A stretch of 42,290 bases of DNA from Daejeonella sp. (GTDB lineage Bacteria > Bacteroidota > Bacteroidia > Sphingobacteriales > Sphingobacteriaceae), in assembly GCA_030831705.1 (NCBI GenBank), contig JAURKO010000147.1, forward strand, positions 1 through 42,290, given 5' to 3'. This document shows positions 17,619 through 27,332 of the stretch, one piece after another. The notes beneath the pieces are model-generated. The model saw nothing but the letters and a program-made list of their open reading frames with translations. It was not told where the DNA came from and searched no databases. A program made the position numbers and the translations under genes. Numbering within the stretch: position 1 is the first letter of the stretch; each line of letters begins with the position of its first letter.

Positions 17619-18392
17619 TCACATCCCAAAATCCCATGTATTCAAAATTGGAATAGCATGATGAGCAGTCATATCAAACTGCACAGGAACAACCGATACA
17701 TATCCGTTTTCCAGCGCCCAAACGTCTGTGTCTTCACCATGATCATTATTCTGAAAAACACCAGTTAGCCAGTAGTATTTTCTCTTATGTGGATCAAGAC
17801 GTTCATCAAATTCTTCGGCCCATTTTGCGTTGGCCTGGCGGCAAATTTTAATGCCTTTAATTGCATTTCCTTTTGGGAAATTCACATTTAGCAATGTCCC
17901 AAGTCCGAGGCCATGTGCAATTACCTCCTTTGTAATTATTTCAATATACTTTTTGCAATGGCTGAAATCAGCATCAAGTTCAAAATCATCTAAAGAAAAG
18001 CCGATAGAAGGAATACTTTCAATAGCACCTTCAACAGCAGCAGACATGGTCCCTGAATATAATATGTTAATGGAATTATTAAGGCCATGATTTATACCCG
18101 AAACACATAGATCAGGTTTTTTACCTTTAAAAACTTTATTTACAGCGAGTTTCACACAATCGACCGGTGTACCTGAGCATTTATACATCTCTACACCCTC
18201 GTAAAGGTCTACCCGATCAAGTCTGAGTGGCTTAGCAATTGTAATAGCATGCCCTGTGGCAGATTGAGGTCCGTCGGGGGCGACTACTACAACATTTCCA
18301 AAACCCTGCATTACTTCAATGAGGGCCTTTATGCCAGGAGCTGTAATTCCATCGTCGTTCACGACAAGTATAGTAGGTTTAGTTTTTTTCAT
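17619..18392 (-). CDS. surE: 5'/3'-nucleotidase SurE
   Basis: NDDGITAPGI, GTPVDCV, SGINHGLN, YSGTMSAA. Confidence 0.97.
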   Translation of the reverse strand: MKKTKPTILVVNDDGITAPGIKALIEVMQGFGNVVVVAPDGPQSATGHAITIAKPLRLDRVDLYEGVEMYKCSGTPVDCVKLAVNKVFKGKKPDLCVSGINHGLNNSINILYSGTMSAAVEGAIESIPSIGFSLDDFELDADFSHCKKYIEIITKEVIAHGLGLGTLLNVNFPKGNAIKGIKICRQANAKWAEEFDERLDPHKRKYYWLTGVFQNNDHGEDTDVWALENGYVSVVPVQFDMTAHHAIPILNTWDFGM

Positions 18393-18490
18393 TAAAGCAA
18401 AATTACGAAATTTTACTTTGGATTGGATGGTGATTAGTAGATGGGAATGCCAGCGAGTGCCGGGTTAAAACACCAGATTGTTAATGGCAA

Positions 18491-18520
18491 CAATCACAGG
18501 GAAATTACTCCCTGTGATTG
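18491..18520. terminator. Perfect 12-bp hairpin downstream of acs (probable terminator or stabiliser)
   Basis: CAATCACAGGGA-N6-TCCCTGTGATTG. Confidence 0.6.
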
Positions 18521-18556
18521 ATTCTAATGTGGATGGGTTATTAGCAGCAAATTCAA

Positions 18557-18586
18557 CCTGGTATGGAGAGAACACCAACCAGAGGA
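18557..18586 (-). repeat. Small palindromic repeat (TCCTCTGGTTGGTGTT family)
   Basis: Reverse complement reads TCCTCTGGTTGGTGTTCTCTCCATACCAGG, similar to 1706-1734 and 9432-9458. Confidence 0.55.
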
Positions 18587-18598
18587 GAACCGATAGAC

Positions 18599-20512
18599 TT
18601 ACAATTCAGAAGCACCATTCTTAATTTCTTCTACCACAGAAGGGTCAAGAAGGGTTGAAGTATCTCCAAGATTGGAAGTTTCTCCTTCAGCAATTTTTCT
18701 GAGTATTCTACGCATGATCTTACCGGATCTTGTTTTCGGCAGACCAGATACAAATTGTACTTTATCAGGTTTAGCAATTGCACCAATAATACGAGCTACA
18801 GTTTGTAAGATATCCCTTCTGGTCAGATCGTGATCGTGTGTAGAAGTTCCAAGGATAACATAGGCATAGATTCCCTGCCCTTTGATGTCATGAGGGTAAC
18901 CTACAACAGCACTTTCTACAACATCTGCATGCATATTAATTGCATTTTCTACCTCTGCGGTACCGATTCGGTGTCCGGATACGTTGATCACATCATCCAC
19001 ACGACCGGTAATACGATAGTATCCGTCCTGGTCTCTTAAACAACCATCACCGGTAAAATACATGTCTTTATAAGTGGAAAAATAAGTCAGACGGCAACGT
19101 TCATGATCCCCATAAGTTGTACGGATAATTCCAGGCCATGGAAATTTGATACATAAGTTTCCGCTTACATCATTACCTGATAGTTCGACACCCTGCTCAT
19201 CAACCAGACAAGGCTGCACGCCCGGCAAAGGTAACGTAGCATATCCTGGTTTTGTTGGAGTGATACCTGCAATAGGTGAAATAAGAATTCCGCTATTTTC
19301 GGTTTGCCACCAAGTATCAACAATCGGGCATTTACCTTTCCCGATCTTTTCATTATACCAGTGCCAGGCTTCCTCATTGATTGGCTCACCTACTGAACCT
19401 AGTTTAGTCAGTGAACTTAGATCTTTCCCTTTCAAAGGATCATCTCCAAAACTCATCAAAGAGCGAATAGCAGTTGGAGCTGTATAAAGAATATTTACTT
19501 TGTATTTATCTACGATTTCCCAGAAACGCCCGGCATCTGGCCAGGTTGGAACACCTTCAAACATAAGGGTGGTTGCCCCCTGAGATAATGGTCCGTAAAC
19601 GATATAAGAATGACCGGTAATCCAGCCAATATCCGCAGTACAGAAATGAACTTCACCCGGCTGATACTGAAAGACAGTCCTGAAGGTGTAACCTGTGTAC
19701 ACCATATAACCACCACAAGTATGGACAACACCTTTGGGTTTACCTGTTGAACCTGAAGTATACAATATGAATAATGGATCTTCTGCGTCCATTGGTTCTG
19801 CAGGACAATCGGGATTGCCCTGAGTTTCCACCTTTTTAATTTCATCTTCCCACCATAAATCACGCCCTTTAATCATAGAAACCGGTGTACGGGTACGGGT
19901 TAAAACAATTATTTTCTGAACAGAAGTACACTGTACAATGGCATCATCGATAATATTTTTAAGTGGGATATCCTTATTACCTCTGAAACCACCATCAGCA
20001 GTAATAACCAGATTGCACTGGGCATCATTAATACGATCAGCGATTGACTGAGCAGAAAATCCACCAAAAACTACAGAATGAATTGCACCAATCCGTGCAC
20101 AGGCCATTACAGCGATTGCAAGTTCAGGCACCATTGGCATATAGATACAGATTCTATCGCCTTTTTTTGCACCATTGTTTTTTAAGACGTTAGCAAACTG
20201 AACGACTTTGAAATGCAGTTCTTTATAAGTAAATGATCTGTAATGTTCTTCAGGATCATTGGGTTCCCAAAGCATTGCTACTTTATCAGCGTTGTGCTCA
20301 AGATGACGATCCAGGCAATTCTCCGTTATATTTAGCTTTGCACCAGAGAACCATTTAACATTGGGCTCTGTGAAGTTCCAGTCCAGCACACTGTCCCATT
20401 TTTTCTGCCAGTAAAAAGTCTCTGCAACCTCAGCCCAGAAATTCTCAGGTTCTGCAACACTGTAGGCGTACACACGTTTATAATCGTCAAAGGAATTAAT
20501 ACTAAGATTCAT
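18599..20512 (-). CDS. acs: Acetyl-CoA synthetase (acetate--CoA ligase)
   Basis: LYTSGSTGKPKG, DTWWQTE, GRVDDVINVSGHRIGTAEVE, LPKTRSGKIMRR. Confidence 0.97.
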   Translation of the reverse strand: MNLSINSFDDYKRVYAYSVAEPENFWAEVAETFYWQKKWDSVLDWNFTEPNVKWFSGAKLNITENCLDRHLEHNADKVAMLWEPNDPEEHYRSFTYKELHFKVVQFANVLKNNGAKKGDRICIYMPMVPELAIAVMACARIGAIHSVVFGGFSAQSIADRINDAQCNLVITADGGFRGNKDIPLKNIIDDAIVQCTSVQKIIVLTRTRTPVSMIKGRDLWWEDEIKKVETQGNPDCPAEPMDAEDPLFILYTSGSTGKPKGVVHTCGGYMVYTGYTFRTVFQYQPGEVHFCTADIGWITGHSYIVYGPLSQGATTLMFEGVPTWPDAGRFWEIVDKYKVNILYTAPTAIRSLMSFGDDPLKGKDLSSLTKLGSVGEPINEEAWHWYNEKIGKGKCPIVDTWWQTENSGILISPIAGITPTKPGYATLPLPGVQPCLVDEQGVELSGNDVSGNLCIKFPWPGIIRTTYGDHERCRLTYFSTYKDMYFTGDGCLRDQDGYYRITGRVDDVINVSGHRIGTAEVENAINMHADVVESAVVGYPHDIKGQGIYAYVILGTSTHDHDLTRRDILQTVARIIGAIAKPDKVQFVSGLPKTRSGKIMRRILRKIAEGETSNLGDTSTLLDPSVVEEIKNGASEL

Positions 20513-20734
20513 TTTTTTATTTTGTTCGGTAAATTAAATATCAGAGTACAATTATATCATATTCAGACATGTTAGCCTAATATAGCGGCAAAAAAATTAC
20601 ATTAAAGTTGGTAGCGTGGCGGCTATTAAATTAAAGTCTAAATTTATTGATAAAGTATTGCGTATCTAAATTTTTCTCCCGATATTTGCAAACTCTTTAA
20701 AGATTTGAATTTAATAATAGATACACTAACAGTC

Positions 20735-20968
20735 ATGTCGAGAATTTGTGATTTAACAGGAAAAATGGCGATGAACGGTTTTAACGTTTCCAATTCAAAC
20801 GTAAAAACCAAACGTAAATTTTATCCTAACCTGCATGTAAAAAAGTTTTACATCCCAGAAGAAGACAGATGGATCACGTTGAAAGTTTCTACTTCAGCGA
20901 TCAAAACCATCAGTAAAAATGGCATAACTGCTGTAATTAACAAATTCCTTAAAAAAGGATACATATAG
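20735..20968 (+). CDS. rpmB: 50S ribosomal protein L28
   Basis: MSRICDLTGK...NVSNSNVKTKRKFYPNL; start set at ATG 20735 rather than the upstream TTG. Confidence 0.96.
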   Translation: MSRICDLTGKMAMNGFNVSNSNVKTKRKFYPNLHVKKFYIPEEDRWITLKVSTSAIKTISKNGITAVINKFLKKGYI

Positions 20969-21059
20969 GGAGTTATAAGTATTAAGTTATAAGTTACATT
21001 GTTTAATACAAAAAAAATTAAGACTTAAAACTTACGAATCCAACTCAAAAGATAATACA

Positions 21060-21242
21060 ATGGCAAAGAAAGGCAACAGAGTTCAGGTTATTTTAGAATG
21101 TACTGAGCATAAGGAAAGTGGTATGGCTGGAATGTCTCGCTACGTAACCACAAAAAATAAAAAGAACACCACAGAACGCTTGGAATTAAAAAAGTTCAAC
21201 CCTGTGCTTAGAAAAGTAACTGTACACAAAGAAATTAAGTAA
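21060..21242 (+). CDS. rpmG: 50S ribosomal protein L33
   Basis: [17 protein letters not shown]...[21 protein letters not shown]. Confidence 0.97.
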   Translation: MAKKGNRVQVILECTEHKESGMAGMSRYVTTKNKKNTTERLELKKFNPVLRKVTVHKEIK

Positions 21243-21343
21243 TAAGTTATAAGTAATAAGTTATAAGTAATAAGTTGTAAGTTGTAAGTTAGAAGGGTTA
21301 TATTCAGAAATTTAAAACTTAAAACCTACAACTTAAAACTTAC
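21236..21343. repeat. Inverted heptamer arrays (TAAGTWR x8 / AACTTAM x5)
   Basis: 7-nt units at 21236-21291 and complementary units at 21309-21343; a shorter array of the same type lies at about 20969-21048. Confidence 0.8.
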
Positions 21344-21362
21344 AAACAAATAAAATACAGAA

Positions 21363-21530
21363 ATGGCAAAGAAAGTAGTTGCAACCCTGAAAACAGGTGC
21401 TGGTAAAGAATATTCAAAAGTTATAACAATGAATAAGTCGCCAAAAACTGGTGCTTATTCTTTCAAAGAAATTATCGTTCACAACGATCATGTGAAAGAT
21501 GCTATTGCTGGAGTTAATTCCTCCAAGTAA
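21363..21530 (+). CDS. DUF4295 family small protein (Bacteroidota ribosomal protein bL38); absent from the ORF track
   Basis: 55 aa MAKKVVATLKTGAGKEYSKVITMNKSPKTGAYSFKEIIVHNDHVKDAIAGVNSSK in the conserved rpmB-rpmG-DUF4295-ftsY order. Confidence 0.9.
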   Translation: MAKKVVATLKTGAGKEYSKVITMNKSPKTGAYSFKEIIVHNDHVKDAIAGVNSSK

Positions 21531-21551
21531 TCTTTCTTAATGTATTAACAG

Positions 21552-21586
21552 AAGCCGCCCGCGTGTAATCGCTGGGTGGCTTTTTT
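21552..21586 (+). terminator. Intrinsic terminator of the rpmB-rpmG-DUF4295 operon
   Basis: AAGCCGCCCGCG/CGCTGGGTGGCTT stem ending in T6. Confidence 0.85.
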
Positions 21587-21634
21587 CATTATAATATTGT
21601 TATCCGCCCCGGCAGATTTCTTAAATTTGGCACC

Positions 21635-22597
21635 ATGGGATTATTTGATTTTTTCAAGAAGAAAGAAAGCAATATTCAGGAACAAGTAGAACTGAATAAA
21701 AGCTTAGAAAAGACCAAGGAAGGTCTTTTTACAAAAATTACCAAAGCTGTAGTGGGTAAATCCACCGTTGATGATGATGTACTTGATGAACTTGAAGAAA
21801 TTCTTGTCAATTCTGATGTGGGTGTTCAAACTACCTTAAAGATTATTGATCGTATCCAGGCTCGTGTTGCCCGTGAAAAGTACATTAATACTACTGAACT
21901 AAATGAGCTTTTAAGATCTGAAATCCAGAGTCTTCTTTCAGAAAACAATAGTAACGATTTCAGAAACTTTGAATATGGTGACCATAAACCCTACGTAATC
22001 ATGGTAGTTGGTGTAAATGGCGTGGGAAAAACAACTACAATAGGTAAACTAGCGCATAAATTGAAAGTTGCCGGCAATAAAGTCGTTTTAGGTGCCGCAG
22101 ACACATTCAGGGCCGCTGCAGTAGATCAGTTAAAACTATGGGCAGAACGGGTAAATGTTCGAATCGTTGCTCAGCCAATGGGCTCAGACCCCGCATCTGT
22201 CGCTTTTGATACCCTACAATCTGCTGTAGCAAATGCAGATGATGTAGCAATTATTGATACAGCCGGTCGTTTGCATAATAAAGTTGCACTGATGAACGAG
22301 CTAACCAAGATTAAACAAGTGATGCAAAAAATTGTGCCTGGAGCTCCGCATGAGATCCTACTTGTTCTCGACGCCTCTACCGGTCAAAATGCCATTGAAC
22401 AATGCAAACAGTTTACTCAGGCAACCGAAGTAAATGCATTAGCTTTAACCAAACTAGACGGAACCGCAAAAGGTGGAGTTGTAATCGGAATATCTGATCA
22501 ATTTAAAATTCCGGTGAAATATATCGGTGTAGGGGAAGGAATAGATCATCTGCAATTATTTAACAAGAAAGAGTTTGTAGACTCCCTTTTTAAATAA
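21635..22597 (+). CDS. ftsY: Signal recognition particle receptor FtsY
   Basis: GVNGVGKTTT, DTFRAAA, DTAGRLH, TKLDGTAKGG. Confidence 0.97.
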   Translation: MGLFDFFKKKESNIQEQVELNKSLEKTKEGLFTKITKAVVGKSTVDDDVLDELEEILVNSDVGVQTTLKIIDRIQARVAREKYINTTELNELLRSEIQSLLSENNSNDFRNFEYGDHKPYVIMVVGVNGVGKTTTIGKLAHKLKVAGNKVVLGAADTFRAAAVDQLKLWAERVNVRIVAQPMGSDPASVAFDTLQSAVANADDVAIIDTAGRLHNKVALMNELTKIKQVMQKIVPGAPHEILLVLDASTGQNAIEQCKQFTQATEVNALALTKLDGTAKGGVVIGISDQFKIPVKYIGVGEGIDHLQLFNKKEFVDSLFK

Positions 22598-22612
22598 GCA
22601 TATAAATAAATA

Positions 22613-23947
22613 ATGAAGACTAAAGTTAATAAGACAGCCCCCCAAACAAAACCGAGAGTTAATGTTATTACATTGGGTTGTTCAAAAAATATTCATGATT
22701 CTGAAGTCCTGATGGGCCAGTTAAGGGGCAATCAGATGGATGTTGTTCACGAATCAGATAAACTTTTTGAAGATGATATTATTGTAATCAATACCTGCGG
22801 CTTCATTGATAATGCAAAGCAGGAATCGATTGATACAATTTTGCAATACAGCGAGCTAAAAGAGCAGGGAAAAATCTCTAAGCTTATCGTTACCGGATGC
22901 CTTTCTGAGCGCTACAAACCGGAGCTTGAAGCTGAAATCAAAAATGTGGATTCCTATTTTGGAACAAACGATCTACAACAACTCCTGAGTTCAGTGGGCG
23001 CAGATTACAAGCACGAACTTATAGGAGAACGATTGCTAACTACCCCATCACATTTTGCTTATTTTAAAATTGCTGAAGGTTGCAACAGACCTTGCTCCTT
23101 TTGTGCAATACCACTGATGCGGGGGAAACATGTTTCCAAGCCGATTGAAGATCTAGTGAAGGAAGCAAAATTCCTTGCAAAAAATGGAACCAAAGAACTA
23201 ATCTTAATTGCTCAGGATCTAACTTATTACGGCCTCGACCTTTATAACAAACGAAACCTTGCAGACCTGCTTCGTAATCTTTCGGATGTGGATGGAATCG
23301 AATGGATCCGACTTCAATATGCTTATCCTTCAGGCTTTCCGATGGACATTCTGGACGTGATGAACGAGCGTTCCAATATCTGCAATTACCTGGACATGCC
23401 ACTTCAGCATATCAGCGATTCGATGCTGAGCTCTATGAGGAGAGGAATAAGCAGACAGAAAACAATAGATCTTGTTGATTCTATTCGCGATAAAGTTCCT
23501 GACATCGCCCTACGCACAACCTTGATTTGCGGATATCCAGGAGAGTCAGAAAAAGATTTTGAAGAAATGAAAGATTGGGTGACTGAAACCCGTTTCGACA
23601 GACTTGGCTGTTTTACATATTCGCATGAAGAAAAAACACATGCCCACCTACTTGTGGATGATGTTCCAGAAGAAGTAAAGCAGGAGCGCGTTGAAACTAT
23701 TATGGGTATACAACAGGAAATTTCATTTGATGTTAATCAGGATAAAGTTGGTCGTACATTCAAGGTGCTGATTGATAAAAAGGAAGGTAATTATTTAACC
23801 GGTAGAACAGAATATGATTCTCCGGAAGTAGATAATGAGGTTTTGATTGATACCCGAATTAGCTATGCTACCCCGGGAAGCTTTGTACAAGTAAAAATTG
23901 ACCGTGCCGAAGATTTTGATCTCTATGGTCAGATAGTCAAAATTTAG
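22613..23947 (+). CDS. rimO: Ribosomal protein S12 methylthiotransferase
   Basis: LGCSKN, NTCGFI, radical SAM CNRPCSFC motif, C-terminal TRAM domain. Confidence 0.95.
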   Translation: MKTKVNKTAPQTKPRVNVITLGCSKNIHDSEVLMGQLRGNQMDVVHESDKLFEDDIIVINTCGFIDNAKQESIDTILQYSELKEQGKISKLIVTGCLSERYKPELEAEIKNVDSYFGTNDLQQLLSSVGADYKHELIGERLLTTPSHFAYFKIAEGCNRPCSFCAIPLMRGKHVSKPIEDLVKEAKFLAKNGTKELILIAQDLTYYGLDLYNKRNLADLLRNLSDVDGIEWIRLQYAYPSGFPMDILDVMNERSNICNYLDMPLQHISDSMLSSMRRGISRQKTIDLVDSIRDKVPDIALRTTLICGYPGESEKDFEEMKDWVTETRFDRLGCFTYSHEEKTHAHLLVDDVPEEVKQERVETIMGIQQEISFDVNQDKVGRTFKVLIDKKEGNYLTGRTEYDSPEVDNEVLIDTRISYATPGSFVQVKIDRAEDFDLYGQIVKI

Positions 23948-23989
23948 ATAGGGAAATTAAAATTCAATAATTTCAATTAATTTCGTTTC

Positions 23990-25582
23990 ATGAAGGCTAG
24001 TTATATTGAATACAGTGAAACGAGCAGCTTTTCAGAAGGCCTGATTCGCTATTTGAATAATGATCCGGACTTACTTCCATTCCAGTCATTTAGTCCGCAC
24101 CTACAGGGATTTCATGACTTAATAGCCTCAAAAAAAAATAATGCAAACCGGGAGCTACTTGTTGAAGTATTAAGGGAACAGTATTCAAAACTGCCAAAGA
24201 TATGTCATGAGCAAGTAGACAAAAACATCACCTTGCTGCTTCAGAAGGACACTTTTACTGTTTGTACTGGTCATCAACTTAACCTTTTTACCGGCCCATT
24301 ATATTTCATTTTTAAAATTGTTACTGCCATCAATCTTGCACGAGATTTAAAATCTAGCTTTCCAGATAAAAATTTTGTTCCTGTTTACTGGATGGCTACA
24401 GAAGACCATGATTTTGCTGAGATCAATCATACTTATATCTCAGAAAAGAAAATAAGCTGGGAATTGGAAGCAGCTGGAGCAACTGGCAGGTTGACACTAA
24501 CCGGGATTGAAAAAGCTGTCCAGGAATATCTCGCTGTATTGGGCGTTTCAGAAAATGCTGAGGATTTAGGCAATTTAATACGCTCAGCATATAAAGGCAA
24601 CACTAATCTTGCTGAAGCCAGCAGACAATTGGTTAATTCACTTTTTGAAGAGTTTGGATTGGTAATTCTGGATGCAGATGACAGAAGATTAAAAAGGGAA
24701 TTTTCAGGAATAATTGCTGAAGATATCATCGGGCGTAATAGCTTCAGAACGATTACAGATACCAATAAAAAACTTTCAGAAAAAGGAATTGAAGTGCAGG
24801 TAAATCCAAGAGAGATAAATTTTTTCTACCTATTGGAAGGCTTGAGAGAACGGATTGTATTTGAGGAAAATTCATATCGGGTTTTAAATACCATCATCAG
24901 TTTCAGTGAAGAGCAATTATTAAAAGAAATTCAGGATTTCCCAGAACGTTTCAGTCCGAATGTAGTCATGCGACCGCTATATCAAGAAGTAATTCTTCCC
25001 AATCTGTCCTATATTGGCGGTGGTGCAGAAGTTATTTACTGGCTGCAGCTTAAACAGAATTTTGACTATTACGGAATTGACTTCCCAATATTACTGTTAA
25101 GAAATTCTGCAATTTTCGCACCCCTTAATCTGGAAACAAAACTAAACCGACTAGACCTTGACCTTAAGGACATCTTTAAAAATTCAGAAAAACTTAAAAA
25201 GGAATGGGTTCTTAGCCATACCGAGCATAATCTTAATTTGCATGATGAAATGCAGGAGCTCAATTCCATTTTTGAAAAGATAAAATTGCGCACTTATAAA
25301 ATCGACCCAAGTTTGGGACCAAGTTCAGAGGCTGTAAATTCAAGATTACAAAAGGCTCTAAAAAATCTTGAAGCGAAATTAATAAAAGCGGAAAAAAGAA
25401 ATTTTGAAGATGCCCTCACCCAAATTGATGTCATCAAATCAAAGCTTTTTCCAAATGGCGGCTTACAGGAGCGTTCTGAAAACTTCGGTTTATTTTATGT
25501 GAAGTTCGGTAAAGATTTTATTCCATTCCTTATTAAGAACTTCAAGCCACTGGATTTGAAATTTACAATATTAGAAGAGTAG
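23990..25582 (+). CDS. bshC: Bacillithiol biosynthesis cysteine-adding enzyme
   Basis: TGHQLNLFTGPLY, YWMATEDHDFAEINH, FSPNVVMRP, GGGAE, LQER. Confidence 0.93.
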   Translation: MKASYIEYSETSSFSEGLIRYLNNDPDLLPFQSFSPHLQGFHDLIASKKNNANRELLVEVLREQYSKLPKICHEQVDKNITLLLQKDTFTVCTGHQLNLFTGPLYFIFKIVTAINLARDLKSSFPDKNFVPVYWMATEDHDFAEINHTYISEKKISWELEAAGATGRLTLTGIEKAVQEYLAVLGVSENAEDLGNLIRSAYKGNTNLAEASRQLVNSLFEEFGLVILDADDRRLKREFSGIIAEDIIGRNSFRTITDTNKKLSEKGIEVQVNPREINFFYLLEGLRERIVFEENSYRVLNTIISFSEEQLLKEIQDFPERFSPNVVMRPLYQEVILPNLSYIGGGAEVIYWLQLKQNFDYYGIDFPILLLRNSAIFAPLNLETKLNRLDLDLKDIFKNSEKLKKEWVLSHTEHNLNLHDEMQELNSIFEKIKLRTYKIDPSLGPSSEAVNSRLQKALKNLEAKLIKAEKRNFEDALTQIDVIKSKLFPNGGLQERSENFGLFYVKFGKDFIPFLIKNFKPLDLKFTILEE

Positions 25583-25591
25583 ATTATTAAC

Positions 25592-26677
25592 ATGGCCTAT
25601 CATACTTTCACTGAAAGCAATCTCAGGGATTTTACAAAATCCATTTTCCTTAAAATGGGCTGCTCTGCCAATGATGCAGATCTTGCTGCTGATGTACTCA
25701 TCAAAGCAGATTTGCGTGGTATCGATTCACATGGTGTTGCAAGATTAACCGGCTATGTTCGCCTTTGGGAAAAAGGAAGGATTAACCCCACACCAGATAT
25801 TAAAATTGTGCATGAAACCCCGAGTACAGCCACCATTGACGGCGACGCTGGATTGGGATTGGTTATAGCTCCTTTTGCAATGAAAGTGGCTATTGAAAAA
25901 GCAGAAAAATATGGTTCAGGCTGGGTATCTGTTAGAAATTCCAATCATTTTGGTATTGCGGCATATCATACCCTGTTGGCTGCCGAAAAAGATATGATCG
26001 GATTTGCAATGACCAATGCGAGTCCTTTGGTTGCCCCAACTTTTTCCAATGAACGAATGCTTGGTACAAATCCGATGTGCTATACATTTCCGGCCGGTAA
26101 ATATCCACCAGTTATTGTAGACATGGCAACCTCGGCAGCAGCTAATGGCAAACTTGAAATTGCTCAGCGGACCGGCAAACCAGTTCCTGAAGGCTGGATC
26201 CAGGATGCAAATGGACAGGCTTCAGTAGATCCTCACGAGTTAAAGAAGGGCGGCTCCCTCTTGCCTTTAGGAGGTGACAGAGAGCATGGTAGCCACAAAG
26301 GCTTCGGACTAAGCGCTACCGTAGATATTCTTTCTGCCGTGCTCTCAGGTGCTAATTACGGGCCCTGGGCACCTCCTTTTGTGTCATTTATGGAGCCCTC
26401 AGCAAATCCGGTTGGTTTGGGATTAGGTCATTTTCTAGGTGCAATGCGTGTTGATGGCTTCAGACCAGTTGACGAATTCAAAAATCATATGGATAATTGG
26501 ATAGAACGTTTCAGCTCAGCAAAACCAATAAGTGAAGATCAGCGAGTTATTATTCCTGGTGAGCCTGAGCTAGTCGCAGAAAAAGAGCGTACAATTAATG
26601 GCATCCCAATTATTGAAGAGGTTTGCAATGATCTGAACGGTCTTGCAGATAAATTAGGAATCGACCGACTACTTTAA
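25592..26677 (+). CDS. Ldh_2 family (malate/L-lactate dehydrogenase-like) oxidoreductase
   Basis: ADLRGIDSHG, NSNHFGIA, LGTNP, DMATS, HKGFGL, IPGEPE. Confidence 0.92.
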   Translation: MAYHTFTESNLRDFTKSIFLKMGCSANDADLAADVLIKADLRGIDSHGVARLTGYVRLWEKGRINPTPDIKIVHETPSTATIDGDAGLGLVIAPFAMKVAIEKAEKYGSGWVSVRNSNHFGIAAYHTLLAAEKDMIGFAMTNASPLVAPTFSNERMLGTNPMCYTFPAGKYPPVIVDMATSAAANGKLEIAQRTGKPVPEGWIQDANGQASVDPHELKKGGSLLPLGGDREHGSHKGFGLSATVDILSAVLSGANYGPWAPPFVSFMEPSANPVGLGLGHFLGAMRVDGFRPVDEFKNHMDNWIERFSSAKPISEDQRVIIPGEPELVAEKERTINGIPIIEEVCNDLNGLADKLGIDRLL

Positions 26678-26722
26678 TTATAGAAGCTCTTAAATTTTTC
26701 TTAATTACTTAGCAACTATTTC

Positions 26723-26807
26723 CTCTCGCTAAGACGCTAATACGCAGATAGCTACAGAATATAAAGATTGTCCATTTTAAATGGAATATTTTGCGTCTCT
26801 GCGAGAG
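26723..26807. repeat. Intergenic inverted repeat
   Basis: CTCTCGCTAAGACGC (26723-26737) pairs with GCGTCTCTGCGAGAG (26793-26807); internal palindrome TCCATTTTAAATGGA. Confidence 0.6.
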
Positions 26808-26927
26808 CTTTTCTCATTTTCTTTTCCCTCTGTCCAGTGCGCTCCCTACCAGCGCATGCGTGCCGAGTGTGCTTCTTTGTCTTTTCCTGAACACGCGATA
26901 TGTACGCACCAGCACCCCGCTGCTGGG

Positions 26928-27145
26928 CCCGATAAAAAACAGCTACAAGTATAATAAACCTTGCCGTTAGAGGTATCTTACAGCTATTCGGATTTTACAA
27001 TTAACTCGATTTTATGCCGGAAATACTCCGGAAGGCAGGGCTGTACCAGCCTATAAAACACAAGCACTGGTTTCAAAAAAATATCTAAGCTCCAGAAGCA
27101 TTTTCAACGAATTATAAACAATCTAATTTACCCTTCCTTCTTGAC
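26928..27145 (-). repeat. Copy 3 (inverted, diverged, right arm truncated) of the dispersed element; empty central site
   Basis: Minus strand reads CAGCCCTGCCTTCCGGAGTATTTCCGGCATAAAATCGAGTT, then 36 nt, then CGGCAAGGTTTATTATACTTGTAGCTGTTTTTTATCGGG, matching both arms of copies 1 and 2. Confidence 0.85.
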
Positions 27146-27332
27146 TACTTTTATTGATTGACATTCTTCATAAGAAACAACCTTGGATGATCAAGATTTC
27201 TGTCATACTTGATAGAAATTTGTCATTTTTCTGTCCCATTTAAATTATCAACCCCGATCAAAATAAACAATTTCAGATACTTGCAGAGCAATTCAAAAAT
27301 TGCTGAATATTTTTCAAAATACCCTGATCATC

